Source: Chromatiaceae bacterium (GTDB taxonomy: Bacteria; Pseudomonadota; Gammaproteobacteria; Chromatiales; Chromatiaceae). From it: a DNA stretch of 64,000 nucleotides. Below the pieces are notes generated by a model, which saw nothing but the letters and a program-made list of their open reading frames with translations, was not told the DNA's origin and searched no databases. Every line of letters begins with the position of its first letter. Positions within the stretch are counted from its first letter, which is position 1. The DNA is taken from NCBI GenBank assembly GCA_007693535.1, contig REDK01000159.1:12047-76046 (forward strand), read 5' to 3'. Shown here in pieces: positions 55,926 to 64,000 of this stretch. Position numbers and translations under genes: made by a program.

Positions 55926-57383
55926 TCACAAGAGCGGGCCCAGCATCGCGACCACGTTGTTCCAGAGCCGGCGACGGCGCGGCCAGGCGGCGACCGTTGC
56001 GGCGGTCACCGGGCGGGCGGCGGCGATGTAGCTGTCCTGGCGCGCGCGGATGGCCGCGGTCAGCGGCGGATCGTAGAACAGGATGTTGTTTTCGTAGTTC
56101 AGATCGAAGCTGCGCCGGTCCAGGTTGGCCGAGCCGATCAGGGCCAGCTCGCCATCCAGGGTCAGCGACTTGCTGTGCAACAGCCCGCCCTGGTACTCGT
56201 GGATGACGACCCCGGCGGCGAGCAGGTCCGCGTAACAGGCGCGACTGGCGGCGGCGACCAGGGCGCTGTCGTTGCGTGCCGGCAGGATCAGATGGGTCTC
56301 GCAACCACGGCGGGCGGCCGCGCACAGGGCTGCCTGCATCGCCTCGTCCGGCACGTAGTAGGGGGTACTGATGACCAGCTCCTGCCGGGCCGCGTACATC
56401 AGGGTCTGAAACAGCTCCGGCATCGCCGCATAACGCAGGGTCGGGCCGGTGCCGATGACCTGGGCCGGCAGCGCCGTCGGCGGCGCCGGCAGCGGCGCCA
56501 GCGGTGCCGTCAGCAGCGCGCTCAGGTCCTCGTCGGTATGGGCCATCCAGTCGGCGGCGAACAGGGCCTGGTTCTGGCGCGCGATCGGTCCCTCGAAGCG
56601 CAGCATCAGGTCCACCCAGGGGGCGAACCGCGGCTTGATGCGAAACGCCGGGTCGGCGCAGTTCTGGCTGCCACAATAGGTGATGCATCCATCGATGACG
56701 ACGACCTTGCGGTGATTGCGCAGATCGATGCGCCCGCGCAGGGGCCGCAGCAGCGGATTGCCGACCGGTAACGCGCGCTCCAGGCGCACGCCGGCCGCCG
56801 CCAGTGCCGACCACAGCGGCGAGCGTGGCAGCAGCCGCGACCCGAGGTCATCCACCAGCACCCGGCAGCGGACTCCGCGCGCGGCGGCACGCTGCAAGGA
56901 CTCTGCCATCCGGGTGCCATTGTGGTCCGGCAGCCAGATGTAGAACAGCAGATGGACATGGTCGCGGGCGGCATCGATGTCGGCGACCATCGCGGCGATG
57001 GCCGCGTCCGAATCGGCCAGCAGCCGCCCCCGATTGCCGGCCACCGGGGCCACCTCGCCGATGGAGGCGCCGAGCTGAAACAGCGGTCGGCGCGCAGCCG
57101 GGATCGCCGCGGCGGCAGCGCCCATAGCCGCGGCCATGCCGGGGGTATCGGCCAGCACCGGCAGCCGCGCCAAGGTGGCCTGCATCCGCGCGATCCGCCG
57201 TCGCCCCAGGTTGACCTCCCCGAACAGCAGATAGGCCAACAACCCGAGCAGCGGCAGCGCGGCGATCACCAGCACCCAGGCCATGCGCGCGGCCGGATCG
57301 CGATGCGGGCGCAGCAGGGCCCGCAGGATCAGCCCCCCCTGCAGTAAGAGATGCAGTAGGCTCAGAAACAGGGCGGTGAACAT
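55926..57383 (-). CDS. cls: Cardiolipin synthase (phospholipase D superfamily)
   Basis: ATG 57383 gives [63 protein letters not shown], a ClsA-type N-terminus. There are two HKD motifs (HRKVVVIDG and HSKSLTLDGE). Length is 485 aa. Confidence 0.9.
   Translation of the reverse strand: MFTALFLSLLHLLLQGGLILRALLRPHRDPAARMAWVLVIAALPLLGLLAYLLFGEVNLGRRRIARMQATLARLPVLADTPGMAAAMGAAAAAIPAARRPLFQLGASIGEVAPVAGNRGRLLADSDAAIAAMVADIDAARDHVHLLFYIWLPDHNGTRMAESLQRAAARGVRCRVLVDDLGSRLLPRSPLWSALAAAGVRLERALPVGNPLLRPLRGRIDLRNHRKVVVIDGCITYCGSQNCADPAFRIKPRFAPWVDLMLRFEGPIARQNQALFAADWMAHTDEDLSALLTAPLAPLPAPPTALPAQVIGTGPTLRYAAMPELFQTLMYAARQELVISTPYYVPDEAMQAALCAAARRGCETHLILPARNDSALVAAASRACYADLLAAGVVIHEYQGGLLHSKSLTLDGELALIGSANLDRRSFDLNYENNILFYDPPLTAAIRARQDSYIAAARPVTAATVAAWPRRRRLWNNVVAMLGPLL
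57127..57301. repeat. 175-bp direct repeat, copy 1 (inside the cls 5' coding region)
   Basis: Near-identical to 58873-59047. There are 4 mismatches in the first 50 nt or so, then roughly 125 nt identical. Confidence 0.9.
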
Positions 57384-57670
57384 CGCTGGTCTCCCTGGCA
57401 GGGCACTTGGCGCTGTGCGGGTGGAATGGGCATGGCACGGGCGGATACACCGTCCCTGACAGGGGCTCGCGGCATCCCGGCGGGGGCCGCGGCAAGCCGC
57501 GTTGCGACAGCCTACCAGGCCCGGGCAGATCGGCGGCGCGCAACGGCTCGCCCCCAGAACCTGACCGGTGCCGACCTGGCCAACGCCGCGAACCAGCGCC
57601 ACCCTCCGTCCGAGCGGCCGCACCTCACGCATCGTCGGCCCGTCGCTGGCGGTGGCTGGCGCAGATCGGG

Positions 57671-57844
57671 ATCATTGTGCCCGCGCCCCTGGGTGTCGCC
57701 GACGCCGCGCCAGTTGGCCGCCCGGTGGCAGGTGTCCACGTGGCAGCTGGTGTCGACGAAGGTCTCCACCAGCACCAGCGTGAGCCCATAGCGGCCCTGC
57801 CAGTCACGCGGCGAGCGGCGCAGGCAGCGCCCAAGCACGTGAGA
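57671..57844 (-). pseudogene. C-terminal fragment resembling DUF4338-family proteins
   Basis: …HVLGRCLRRSPRDWQGRYGLTLVLVETFVDTSCHVDTCHRAANWRGVGDTQGRGHND, within track ORF 57512..58063. As I recall it, the family motif is DW..RYG…LVETFVD…GTCYRAANW..VG.T.GRG. The upstream part of the ORF has no family resemblance. Confidence 0.35.
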
Positions 57845-57986
57845 GGCGACAGCGCCGCGGGCGCCGCCAGCGGCCCCGGCGCCGGAACTGCGCCCTGCGC
57901 GGCCGGCAGCTCGATGAGACCCTTGTTGAGCCTGGCCTGCGCCCGGGTCTATCGTGCCTGCGAAACTGTGCAACTGTGAGCCAGCC

Positions 57987-58217
57987 ATGAAGAACATCAC
58001 CCTTTCCGTAGACGACGAGACCTGGCGCCAGGCACGCATCGCCGCGGCGGAGCGCAACACCACGGTGAGTGCATTGGTGCGCGACTACCTCCGAGCCGTC
58101 GCCCGCCCCGCCGGGAATGGCCCCGATGCCGCCGAGGCCCTGTTTGCGGCCCTGGACCGCGCCCAGGGGTTCAGCGCCACCGAACGGCTGACCCGCGAGC
58201 AGGTCCATGACCGCTGA
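57987..58217 (+). CDS. vapB: Ribbon-helix-helix antitoxin (VapB-type)
   Basis: MKNITLSVDDETWRQARIAAAERNTTVSALVRDYLRAV fits a beta-strand plus two helices pattern. It overlaps the PIN gene by 11 nt. Confidence 0.7.
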   Translation: MKNITLSVDDETWRQARIAAAERNTTVSALVRDYLRAVARPAGNGPDAAEALFAALDRAQGFSATERLTREQVHDR

Positions 58218-58626
58218 CGCCTTCGTCGACACCAGCGTCCTCCTCTACTCGGCCTCAGGCAACCCGCAGGAGGCCGACAAGCGGGACACGGCGCGGCGGC
58301 GCCTGGCCGGAGCGGGCTGGGGCCTGTCGGTACAGGTCCTCCAGGAGTTCTATGTCAACATCGTGCGGCCGCCAGTCTGCGCCATGACCCACGCCGATGC
58401 GGTAGCCGCGATCCGCGAGCTGCTGCGTCGTCCCACGGTGGCCACGGATACGTCGTTGGTCCTGGAGGGGCTGCGGCTGAAGGAGCGCTACCAGATCTCC
58501 TACTGGGATGCCGCGATCATCGCCGCGGCCCGCGCCCTGGGTGCCTGCACCCTGTACTCCGAGGATCTGAGCCATGGCCAGGACTACGACGGGGTGCGCG
58601 TGGTGAACCCTTTCTTGCCCCATTGA
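58207..58626 (+). CDS. vapC: PIN-domain toxin (VapC-type)
   Basis: 139 aa. Acidic PIN residues are in the expected order: AFVDTSVLL (N-terminal Asp), VLQEF, YWDAAIIAAA, SEDLSHG. Confidence 0.85.
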   Translation: MTADAFVDTSVLLYSASGNPQEADKRDTARRRLAGAGWGLSVQVLQEFYVNIVRPPVCAMTHADAVAAIRELLRRPTVATDTSLVLEGLRLKERYQISYWDAAIIAAARALGACTLYSEDLSHGQDYDGVRVVNPFLPH

Positions 58627-58644
58627 ACCCGCAGGCATCAACCG

Positions 58645-58833
58645 ATGCCGATGATGCTCCGTCTCCACAACGTGCTCCAGGCGGCATTAGGCCTCCCGGT
58701 CGCGGACCGGGCGGCACTTGCCGAGCGGTGTCCGACGCGCCTCGACGTGCCGGACGAGGCCGACTCGGATGGTGGTTGGGGCGCGGAGGCGGAGCGACGG
58801 CTTGCCACCGACCGCGACGCGTGCCCCGACTGA
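58645..58833 (+). pseudogene. Orphan or truncated addiction-module antitoxin-like ORF (Lp..eR..La..L..SLd / W..E..rR type)
   Basis: LQAALGLPVADRAALAERCPTRLDVPDEADSDGGWGAEAERRLATD. The C-terminus diverges and there is no partner toxin. It is followed directly by the duplicated cls fragment. Confidence 0.35.
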
Positions 58834-58872
58834 CGACGATATCACCGCAGCGGCCGGCGCGCGGCGCTGATG

Positions 58873-59047
58873 GCCGCGGCCATGCCGGGGGCATCGGCCA
58901 GCACCAGCAGCCGCACCAGGGTGGCCTGCATCCGCGCGATCCGCCGTCGCCCCAGGTTGACCTCCCCGAACAGCAGATAGGCCAACAACCCGAGCAGCGG
59001 CAGCGCGGCGATCACCAGCACCCAGGCCATGCGCGCGGCCGGATCGC
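58873..59047 (-). pseudogene. Duplicated fragment of the cls 5' coding region (direct repeat copy 2)
   Basis: Encodes …[38 protein letters not shown]…, identical to cls residues 34 to about 70, but lacks the cls start and everything downstream. Confidence 0.85.
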
Positions 59048-59148
59048 ACGCATGGCAGCGCGTCGATGTTGGCGCGGCATTTGCTCAGCATCTCTGGCCA
59101 CCCGCATAGCGACCAGCATGGACAAACCTCGCCGTGGTCCCAGGCAAC

Positions 59149-59172
59149 CGTTATATCCCGCTGAATACAACG
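59149..59172. promoter_or_regulatory. Candidate ModE operator (Mo-box)
   Basis: Inverted repeat CGTTATAT-N8-ATACAACG (7/8 self-complementary) in an otherwise GC-rich region. It lies 27 nt upstream of the modE ATG. Confidence 0.45.
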
Positions 59173-59198
59173 AAAACCGACCCGAGTGACCAGCGCCC

Positions 59199-60011
59199 AT
59201 GGCCGACCCCCTCGACCCGCACCTGGAGGCCGCCGCGATGCTGCGTCTCGACCTGCACCAGCGGGGGTTCGTTGGGCGCGGCCGCATCGAACTGCTGCGC
59301 CAGATCGGTGCAACCGGATCGATCAGCCAGGCCGCGCGCGCCATGGGGATGTCCTACAAGCAGGCCTGGGACGCGGTGGATGCAATGAACAATCTGTCCG
59401 CCCAGGCGCTGGTGCGCCGCCGCACCGGGGGCCGCCACGGGGGCGGCAGCGAACTCACCGAGGAGGGCGAGCGGCTGATTGTCGTGTACACGGCAGCCGC
59501 ACAGGAACACCACCGCTTTCTCGCGCGCCTGCGCGCGGCCATCAGCGATTTCGATCGCTTTCAGACCCTGATCGGAGCCATGCAAATGAAGGTCAGTGCC
59601 AGAAACAACCTGCGCGGGGTCGTGACCAAGGTCACCCCGGGGGCGGTCAATGCCGAGGTCACGCTGGATGTCAACGGCATCGCGCTGGTCGCGATCGTCA
59701 CCAACGAGAGCGTGCAGACCCTGGGGCTGGTCCCGGGGGTGGAGGCCTATGCGCTGATCAAGTCCTCGTCCGTGATCCTGGCCACCGCCGACGGGGGCCT
59801 GAAGACCTCGGCGCGCAATCGCCTCTGCGGCCGGATCGAGCGCCTGACCCTCGGGGCAGTGAATGCCGAGGTGGTGCTGGCCCTGGCAGGCGGCGCCCGC
59901 CTCACCGCCGTGATCACGCTGGCAAGCGTGCGCGAACTGGGCCTGACCGAGCGCGGAGAGGCCTGCGGCCTGATCAAGGCGCCGCAAATCATCCTGGCGG
60001 TCGCCGACTGA
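59199..60011 (+). CDS. modE: Molybdate-responsive transcriptional regulator ModE (HTH + two Mop/TOBE domains)
   Basis: GRIELLRQIGATGSISQAARAMGMSYKQAWDAVDAMNNLS aligns with the E. coli ModE HTH region as recalled. Two SARN(N/R)L…G…V… Mop repeats are present. Confidence 0.9.
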   Translation: MADPLDPHLEAAAMLRLDLHQRGFVGRGRIELLRQIGATGSISQAARAMGMSYKQAWDAVDAMNNLSAQALVRRRTGGRHGGGSELTEEGERLIVVYTAAAQEHHRFLARLRAAISDFDRFQTLIGAMQMKVSARNNLRGVVTKVTPGAVNAEVTLDVNGIALVAIVTNESVQTLGLVPGVEAYALIKSSSVILATADGGLKTSARNRLCGRIERLTLGAVNAEVVLALAGGARLTAVITLASVRELGLTERGEACGLIKAPQIILAVAD

Positions 60012-60188
60012 GCCCGCGGACAACTTGCCAGCCACGCACCACCGCGACCCCAATCCGCCCCGGCGCACCAACCGCCGAGATGGGGAGCGCGGTGACCGCC
60101 GCCACCAGCTCGCCTGCATGGATCAGGAGCAAACCGTTCCAGCAGCGATCTTGTCATCGGCTCTACCCGCCCGAGAGAGGAAATCCGC

Positions 60189-60971
60189 ATGCGTCTCATC
60201 CGGCTTGCCCAAACCCTGCTCCTCGCCGCCGGACTGACCCTTGGTGGCGCTGCCAACGCCAACGGCGCCATCCGCATTGCCGCGGCGGCCGATCTCAAGT
60301 TCGCAATGGATGAGATCGTGGCCGCCTTCCGGGCCGATCATCCTGACGACCAGATCGAGGTGATCTACGGCTCCTCGGGTAAATTCCATACCCAGATTCG
60401 ACAGGGGGCACCGTTCGATCTGTACTTCTCGGCCGACATCGCGTTCCCGCGCGGCCTGGAGGAGCGCGGTCTGTCGGCCGGACCGACCCGACCCTACGCC
60501 ATCGGCCGCCTGGTGCTGTGGAGCAATACCCGCGACGCCAGCCAAATGACCCTGGCGGATCTCGCCGATGAGGACCTCGGCCGCATCGCCATCGCCAATC
60601 CCCGGCATGCCCCCTATGGCATGCGCGCCGAGGAGGCCCTGCGTGCGGCCGGGCTCTGGGACGACCTGCAGGGCCGGCTGGTGCTGGGCGAGAACATCGC
60701 GCAGACCGCCCAATTCGTGCAGACCGGGAATGCCGCCATCGGCATCATCGCGCTTGCCCTGGCGCTGAACCCGGCCCTGGTCGCGGCCGGCGGCTATTAC
60801 CTGATCGACGACGCCTTGCATCAGCCCTTGGAGCAGGGCTTCATCATCACCAAGCGAGCGGCCGAGAACCCCCTCGCTGCAGCCTTCGCCGACTACATGC
60901 AAGGCCCCACGGCGCAGGGGATCATGCTCCGTTATGGCTTCATCCACCCCGGCGCAGACCAGGACGATTGA
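60189..60971 (+). CDS. modA: Molybdate ABC transporter periplasmic binding protein
   Basis: Signal peptide is MRLIRLAQTLLLAAGLTLGGAANA. This is followed by IRIAAAADLKFAMDEI…GSSGKFHTQIRQGAPFDLYFSAD. SD GAGAGAGG lies upstream. Confidence 0.9.
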   Translation: MRLIRLAQTLLLAAGLTLGGAANANGAIRIAAAADLKFAMDEIVAAFRADHPDDQIEVIYGSSGKFHTQIRQGAPFDLYFSADIAFPRGLEERGLSAGPTRPYAIGRLVLWSNTRDASQMTLADLADEDLGRIAIANPRHAPYGMRAEEALRAAGLWDDLQGRLVLGENIAQTAQFVQTGNAAIGIIALALALNPALVAAGGYYLIDDALHQPLEQGFIITKRAAENPLAAAFADYMQGPTAQGIMLRYGFIHPGADQDD

Positions 60972-60974
60972 TCC

Positions 60975-61667
60975 GTGCTGGACGATCTGCATCCGGCGCT
61001 GAGTCACGCGGACTGGGCCGCGGTCTGGCTGACCCTGCGATTGGCCAGCGTCACCACCGTCATCCTGATGTTCGTCGGCACCCCAATCGCCTGGTGGCTG
61101 GCGCGCACCCGCTCACGCCTCAAGGCGGTGGTCGGCGCCGTCGTCGCCCTGCCGCTGGTGCTGCCGCCGACGGTACTCGGGTTCTATCTGCTGGTGACGA
61201 TGGGGCCGTTCGGCCCGGTGGGCCGATTCACCCAGTGGCTGGGCATCGGGTTGTTGCCCTTCACCTTCCCGGGCCTGGTAGTGGCCTCGGTCTTCTATTC
61301 GCTGCCATTCGTGGTGCAGCCGATACAAAACGCCTTCGAGGCGATTGGCGAGCGCCCGCTGGAGGTGGCAGCGACCCTGCGCGCCGGCCCCTGGGACCGC
61401 TTCTTCACCGTGGTCTTGCCGCTGGCCACCCCTGGCTTCATCACCGCGGCCATCCTCGGCTTCGCCCACACCGTGGGCGAGTTCGGCGTGGTGCTGATGA
61501 TCGGCGGGAATATCCCGGAGCAGACCCGGGTGGTCTCGGTGGCGATCTATGACCATGTCGAGGCGCTGGAATATGCCGAGGCCCATGTGCTCGCCGCCGG
61601 CATGCTGGTGTTCAGCTTCGTCGTGCTGCTGACCCTCTATTCTCGCAACAACAAGGTCTGGAAATGA
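60975..61667 (+). CDS. modB: Molybdate ABC transporter permease
   Basis: GTG start. 230 aa with 5 TM helices. The EAA-loop region is …[20 protein letters not shown]…. Confidence 0.9.
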   Translation: MLDDLHPALSHADWAAVWLTLRLASVTTVILMFVGTPIAWWLARTRSRLKAVVGAVVALPLVLPPTVLGFYLLVTMGPFGPVGRFTQWLGIGLLPFTFPGLVVASVFYSLPFVVQPIQNAFEAIGERPLEVAATLRAGPWDRFFTVVLPLATPGFITAAILGFAHTVGEFGVVLMIGGNIPEQTRVVSVAIYDHVEALEYAEAHVLAAGMLVFSFVVLLTLYSRNNKVWK

Positions 61668-62791
61668 CGGCGCTGACACCGGCACCGCAAGGCGGCACGG
61701 CGGCCGGCAGCGACCGGCCGGTGGAGTTGCGTATGCGGGTGGATTGGCCGGGCTTCGTGCTCGAGGTCGATCTGGCGCTGCCGGGACGGGGCGTCACCGC
61801 CCTGTTCGGTCATTCCGGTTCTGGCAAGACCACGCTGCTGCGCTGTATCGCCGGGCTGGAGCGGCAGGGCCGGGGCCGGTTGGCATTTCAGGGCGAGGTC
61901 TGGCAGGACAGCGCCCGCCGGATCTTCGTGCCCACCCATCGGCGCCCACTCGGCTATGTGTTCCAGGAGGCCAGCCTGTTTCCGCACCTGTCGGTGCAAA
62001 AGAACCTCGATTACGGACGCAAGCGGGTTGGCACCGAACCCAGCGTATCGCTCGCACAGGCCGTGGAGCTGCTCGGCATCGGGCACCTGCTGGGGCGGCT
62101 GCCGGCGCGCCTCTCCGGCGGGGAGCGCCAGCGCGTCGCGATCGCCCGGGCGCTGGCGACCAGCCCCCGGCTGTTGCTGATGGATGAACCGTTGGCAGCG
62201 CTAGACCTCAAGCGCAAGGCCGAGATCCTGCCCTATCTGGAGCGGCTGCATGCGGAACTGGACATCCCGGTCTTCTACGTCAGCCATTCCCCCGACGAGG
62301 TCGCGCGCCTGGCCGATCATGTCGTCCTGCTGGCGGAGGGGCGGGCGGTCGCCAGCGGCGGGCTGCAGGAGACCCTGGCGCGGCTGGACCTGCCGTTGGC
62401 CTTCAGCGAGGACGCCGGGGTGGTGATCGCGGCGGTGGTGGCCACCCATGACGACAACTATCACCTCTCGCGGCTGGACTTTCCGGGCGGCAACGTGGTG
62501 GTTGCGCGGCGCCGGGAGCCGATCGGCACCCGCCTGCGGGTGCGGGTTCATGCCCGCGATGTCAGCCTGGCCCTGGAGCGGGCGACCGGTACCAGCATCG
62601 CCAACCTACTGCCGGCCCAGGTCACCGAGATCGCCGACGCCGACACCCCGGCCCATGTGCTGGTGCGCCTGGATGCCGGCGGCACGCCCTTGCTCGCGCG
62701 CATCACCCGCCGCTCGCTCGATCAGCTCGGGGTCGCCCGCGGCAAGGCCCTGTGGGCGCAGATCAAGGCGGTGGCGCTGCTGAGCGACTGA
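61664..62791 (+). CDS. modC: Molybdate ABC transporter ATP-binding protein with C-terminal TOBE domain
   Basis: Walker A is GHSGSGKTT, the signature is LSGGERQRV and Walker B is [12 protein letters not shown]. The C-terminal TOBE-like stretch is [31 protein letters not shown] overlap with modB. Confidence 0.9.
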   Translation: MTALTPAPQGGTAAGSDRPVELRMRVDWPGFVLEVDLALPGRGVTALFGHSGSGKTTLLRCIAGLERQGRGRLAFQGEVWQDSARRIFVPTHRRPLGYVFQEASLFPHLSVQKNLDYGRKRVGTEPSVSLAQAVELLGIGHLLGRLPARLSGGERQRVAIARALATSPRLLLMDEPLAALDLKRKAEILPYLERLHAELDIPVFYVSHSPDEVARLADHVVLLAEGRAVASGGLQETLARLDLPLAFSEDAGVVIAAVVATHDDNYHLSRLDFPGGNVVVARRREPIGTRLRVRVHARDVSLALERATGTSIANLLPAQVTEIADADTPAHVLVRLDAGGTPLLARITRRSLDQLGVARGKALWAQIKAVALLSD

Positions 62792-62953
62792 AGCAGCCAA
62801 CCGCGTCGCGCGACCAGCGCGAATCAACTGCCGACAACGACTTGGTCAGCGCCCGCGCTTGATCGACAATAGTGCCCCCGACGGCGCCCTGCCTCTGGCA
62901 GCCGGCGTCCCACCGCCCTCCCCCATGCCGCTGACGCGGCGACAAGGATCGCG

Positions 62954-64000
62954 ATGAATCTCCACGAATATCAGGCCAAGGTGCTGTTTGCGCGCTTTGG
63001 CATTCCGGTGCCGCGCGGGCAGGTCGCGGCCGACCTCGCCGAGGTCGAACAAGCCGCGGCCGCGCTCGGCGACGGTCCCTGGGTGCTCAAGGCACAGATC
63101 CATGCCGGCGGTCGCGGCAAGGCCGGCGGGGTGCTGACCTGCAGCGACCGCCCGGCCCTGCAGCAAGCCGCCGCCGGCCTGCTCGGGCGACGCCTGGTCA
63201 CCGCGCAGAGCGGGCCCGATGGGCTGCCGGTGCAACGGCTGCTGGTGGAACAGACCACCGCGATTGCCCGCGAACTCTATCTGGGCCTGCTGGTGGATCG
63301 CGCCGCCCGCCGGGTCGTGATCGTCGCCGCCACCGCCGGCGGGATGGAGATCGAGGACTTCGCGGTCGCCCATCCCGAGGATGTGCTGGTCACGCAGGTG
63401 CAGCCAGCGGTGGGGCTGCAGCCCTGGCACGGGCGCCGCCTGGGCTTCTTTCTAGGGCTGGCGCCGGCCCAGATGCCGGCCCTACAGGCCCTGCTGGCAG
63501 GGCTGTATCGGCTCTTCATCGACTGCGATGCCAGCCTGGTGGAGGTCAATCCGCTGGTGGTCACCACCGCTGGCGATCTGCTCGCAGTGGATGCCAAGAT
63601 CAATCTGGACGATAACGCGCTGGTGCGTCATCCCGACCTGGCCGCCCTGCGCGACCCGACCCAGGAGGACCCGCGCGAGGCCGCTGCCCGCGCCCTAGCC
63701 CTCAATTACATCAGCCTGGATGGCGATATCGGCTGCATGGTCAACGGCGCCGGGCTGGCGATGGCGACCATGGACCTGATCAAGCTGCACGGCGGCGCCC
63801 CGGCCAATTTCCTCGATGTTGGCGGCAGTGCCAGCGCCGAACGGGTCGCCGAGGCCTTCAAGCTGGTCCTCACCGAAGGCAAGGTCCGGGCGGTGCTGGT
63901 CAATATCTTCGGCGGCATCGTGCGCTGCGACCTGATCGCCGAGGGCATCCTGGGGGCGGTGCGCGAGATCGCCGTCGGGGTCCCAGTGGTGGTGCGCCTG
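62954..64000 (+). CDS. sucC: Succinyl-CoA synthetase beta subunit; 3' end beyond the window
   Basis: Not in the ORF track because there is no stop in the window. Manual translation from ATG 62954 gives MNLHEYQAKVLFARFGIPVPRG…KAQIHAGGRGKAGGV…CMVNGAGLAMATMD…ANFLDVGG…VNIFGGIVRCD. Confidence 0.95.
   Translation, partial: MNLHEYQAKVLFARFGIPVPRGQVAADLAEVEQAAAALGDGPWVLKAQIHAGGRGKAGGVLTCSDRPALQQAAAGLLGRRLVTAQSGPDGLPVQRLLVEQTTAIARELYLGLLVDRAARRVVIVAATAGGMEIEDFAVAHPEDVLVTQVQPAVGLQPWHGRRLGFFLGLAPAQMPALQALLAGLYRLFIDCDASLVEVNPLVVTTAGDLLAVDAKINLDDNALVRHPDLAALRDPTQEDPREAAARALALNYISLDGDIGCMVNGAGLAMATMDLIKLHGGAPANFLDVGGSASAERVAEAFKLVLTEGKVRAVLVNIFGGIVRCDLIAEGILGAVREIAVGVPVVVRL

Noticed and set aside
55813-56814. 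333-aa and 311-aa ORFs overlapping cls (55813..56814 on the minus strand, 55836..56771 on the plus strand)
   Set aside because: The cls frame carries both HKD motifs and a canonical N-terminus. These are alternative-frame or antisense shadows.
57512-58063. 183-aa ORF as an intact gene
   Set aside because: Only residues from about 74 to 131 resemble a known family's C-terminus. The rest is low-complexity and overlaps the vapB 5' region on the opposite strand. It is treated as a remnant.
58687-59313. 208-aa minus-strand ORF spanning the duplicated cls fragment
   Set aside because: Its frame differs from the cls-like frame, its composition is Arg/Gly/Ala-rich, and it overlaps the modE start region.
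60012-60188. Search for a second Mo-box directly upstream of modA
   Set aside because: No AT-rich inverted repeat is present in this GC-rich spacer.
59151-60313. 322-aa minus-strand ORF (59151..60119) and 375-aa plus-strand ORF (59186..60313) overlapping modE; also 60123..61007 (minus strand) over modA
   Set aside because: The modE and modA frames give strong family matches. The competing ORFs are Arg/Gly/Pro-rich shadows.

Overview
High-GC bacterial chromosomal segment, probably proteobacterial; the taxon cannot be fixed without a database search. Genes were called by manual translation and motif recognition only, with no searches run.

Four blocks are visible.

(1) nt 1-42196 is a very large glycan-assembly super-locus. 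It holds at least 13 glycosyltransferases (GT2, GT4/GT-B, WsaF-like, GT-C-like) and a Wzm/Wzt ABC exporter whose Wzt carries a C-terminal carbohydrate-binding-type domain. It also has a sulfotransferase / coiled-coil / WsaF-like GT fusion, three AsnB-type amidotransferases, three SAM methyltransferases and an SDR epimerase. An FAD oxidoreductase, two flippase-like UPF0104 membrane proteins and a transglutaminase-like membrane protein complete the set.

(2) nt 42358-55839 is a divergently transcribed five-gene cluster that I cannot assign to any named system. The minus arm encodes a P-loop GTPase-like protein, a 26-codon repeat-built micro-ORF and a 1217-aa helical giant. The plus arm encodes a 1011-aa protein, a 3TM / long coiled-coil / TM protein, and a secreted vWA + DUF2135-like protein with a C-terminal TM anchor and cytoplasmic tail. 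This is the best candidate for an undescribed system.

(3) nt 55926-59050 contains cardiolipin synthase followed by a small junk island. The island holds a DUF4338-like fragment, vapBC and an orphan antitoxin remnant, and is bracketed by a 175-bp direct duplication of the cls 5' region.

(4) nt 59149-64000 contains a Mo-box, modE, modABC and the start of sucC.

The supplied ORF track omits ORFs that run off the window edges; both were recovered by hand. It also extends many genes to far-upstream GTG/TTG/ATG codons, so starts were re-set where overlap logic or family N-termini allowed. No rRNA, tRNA, CRISPR array or intact transposase was seen.
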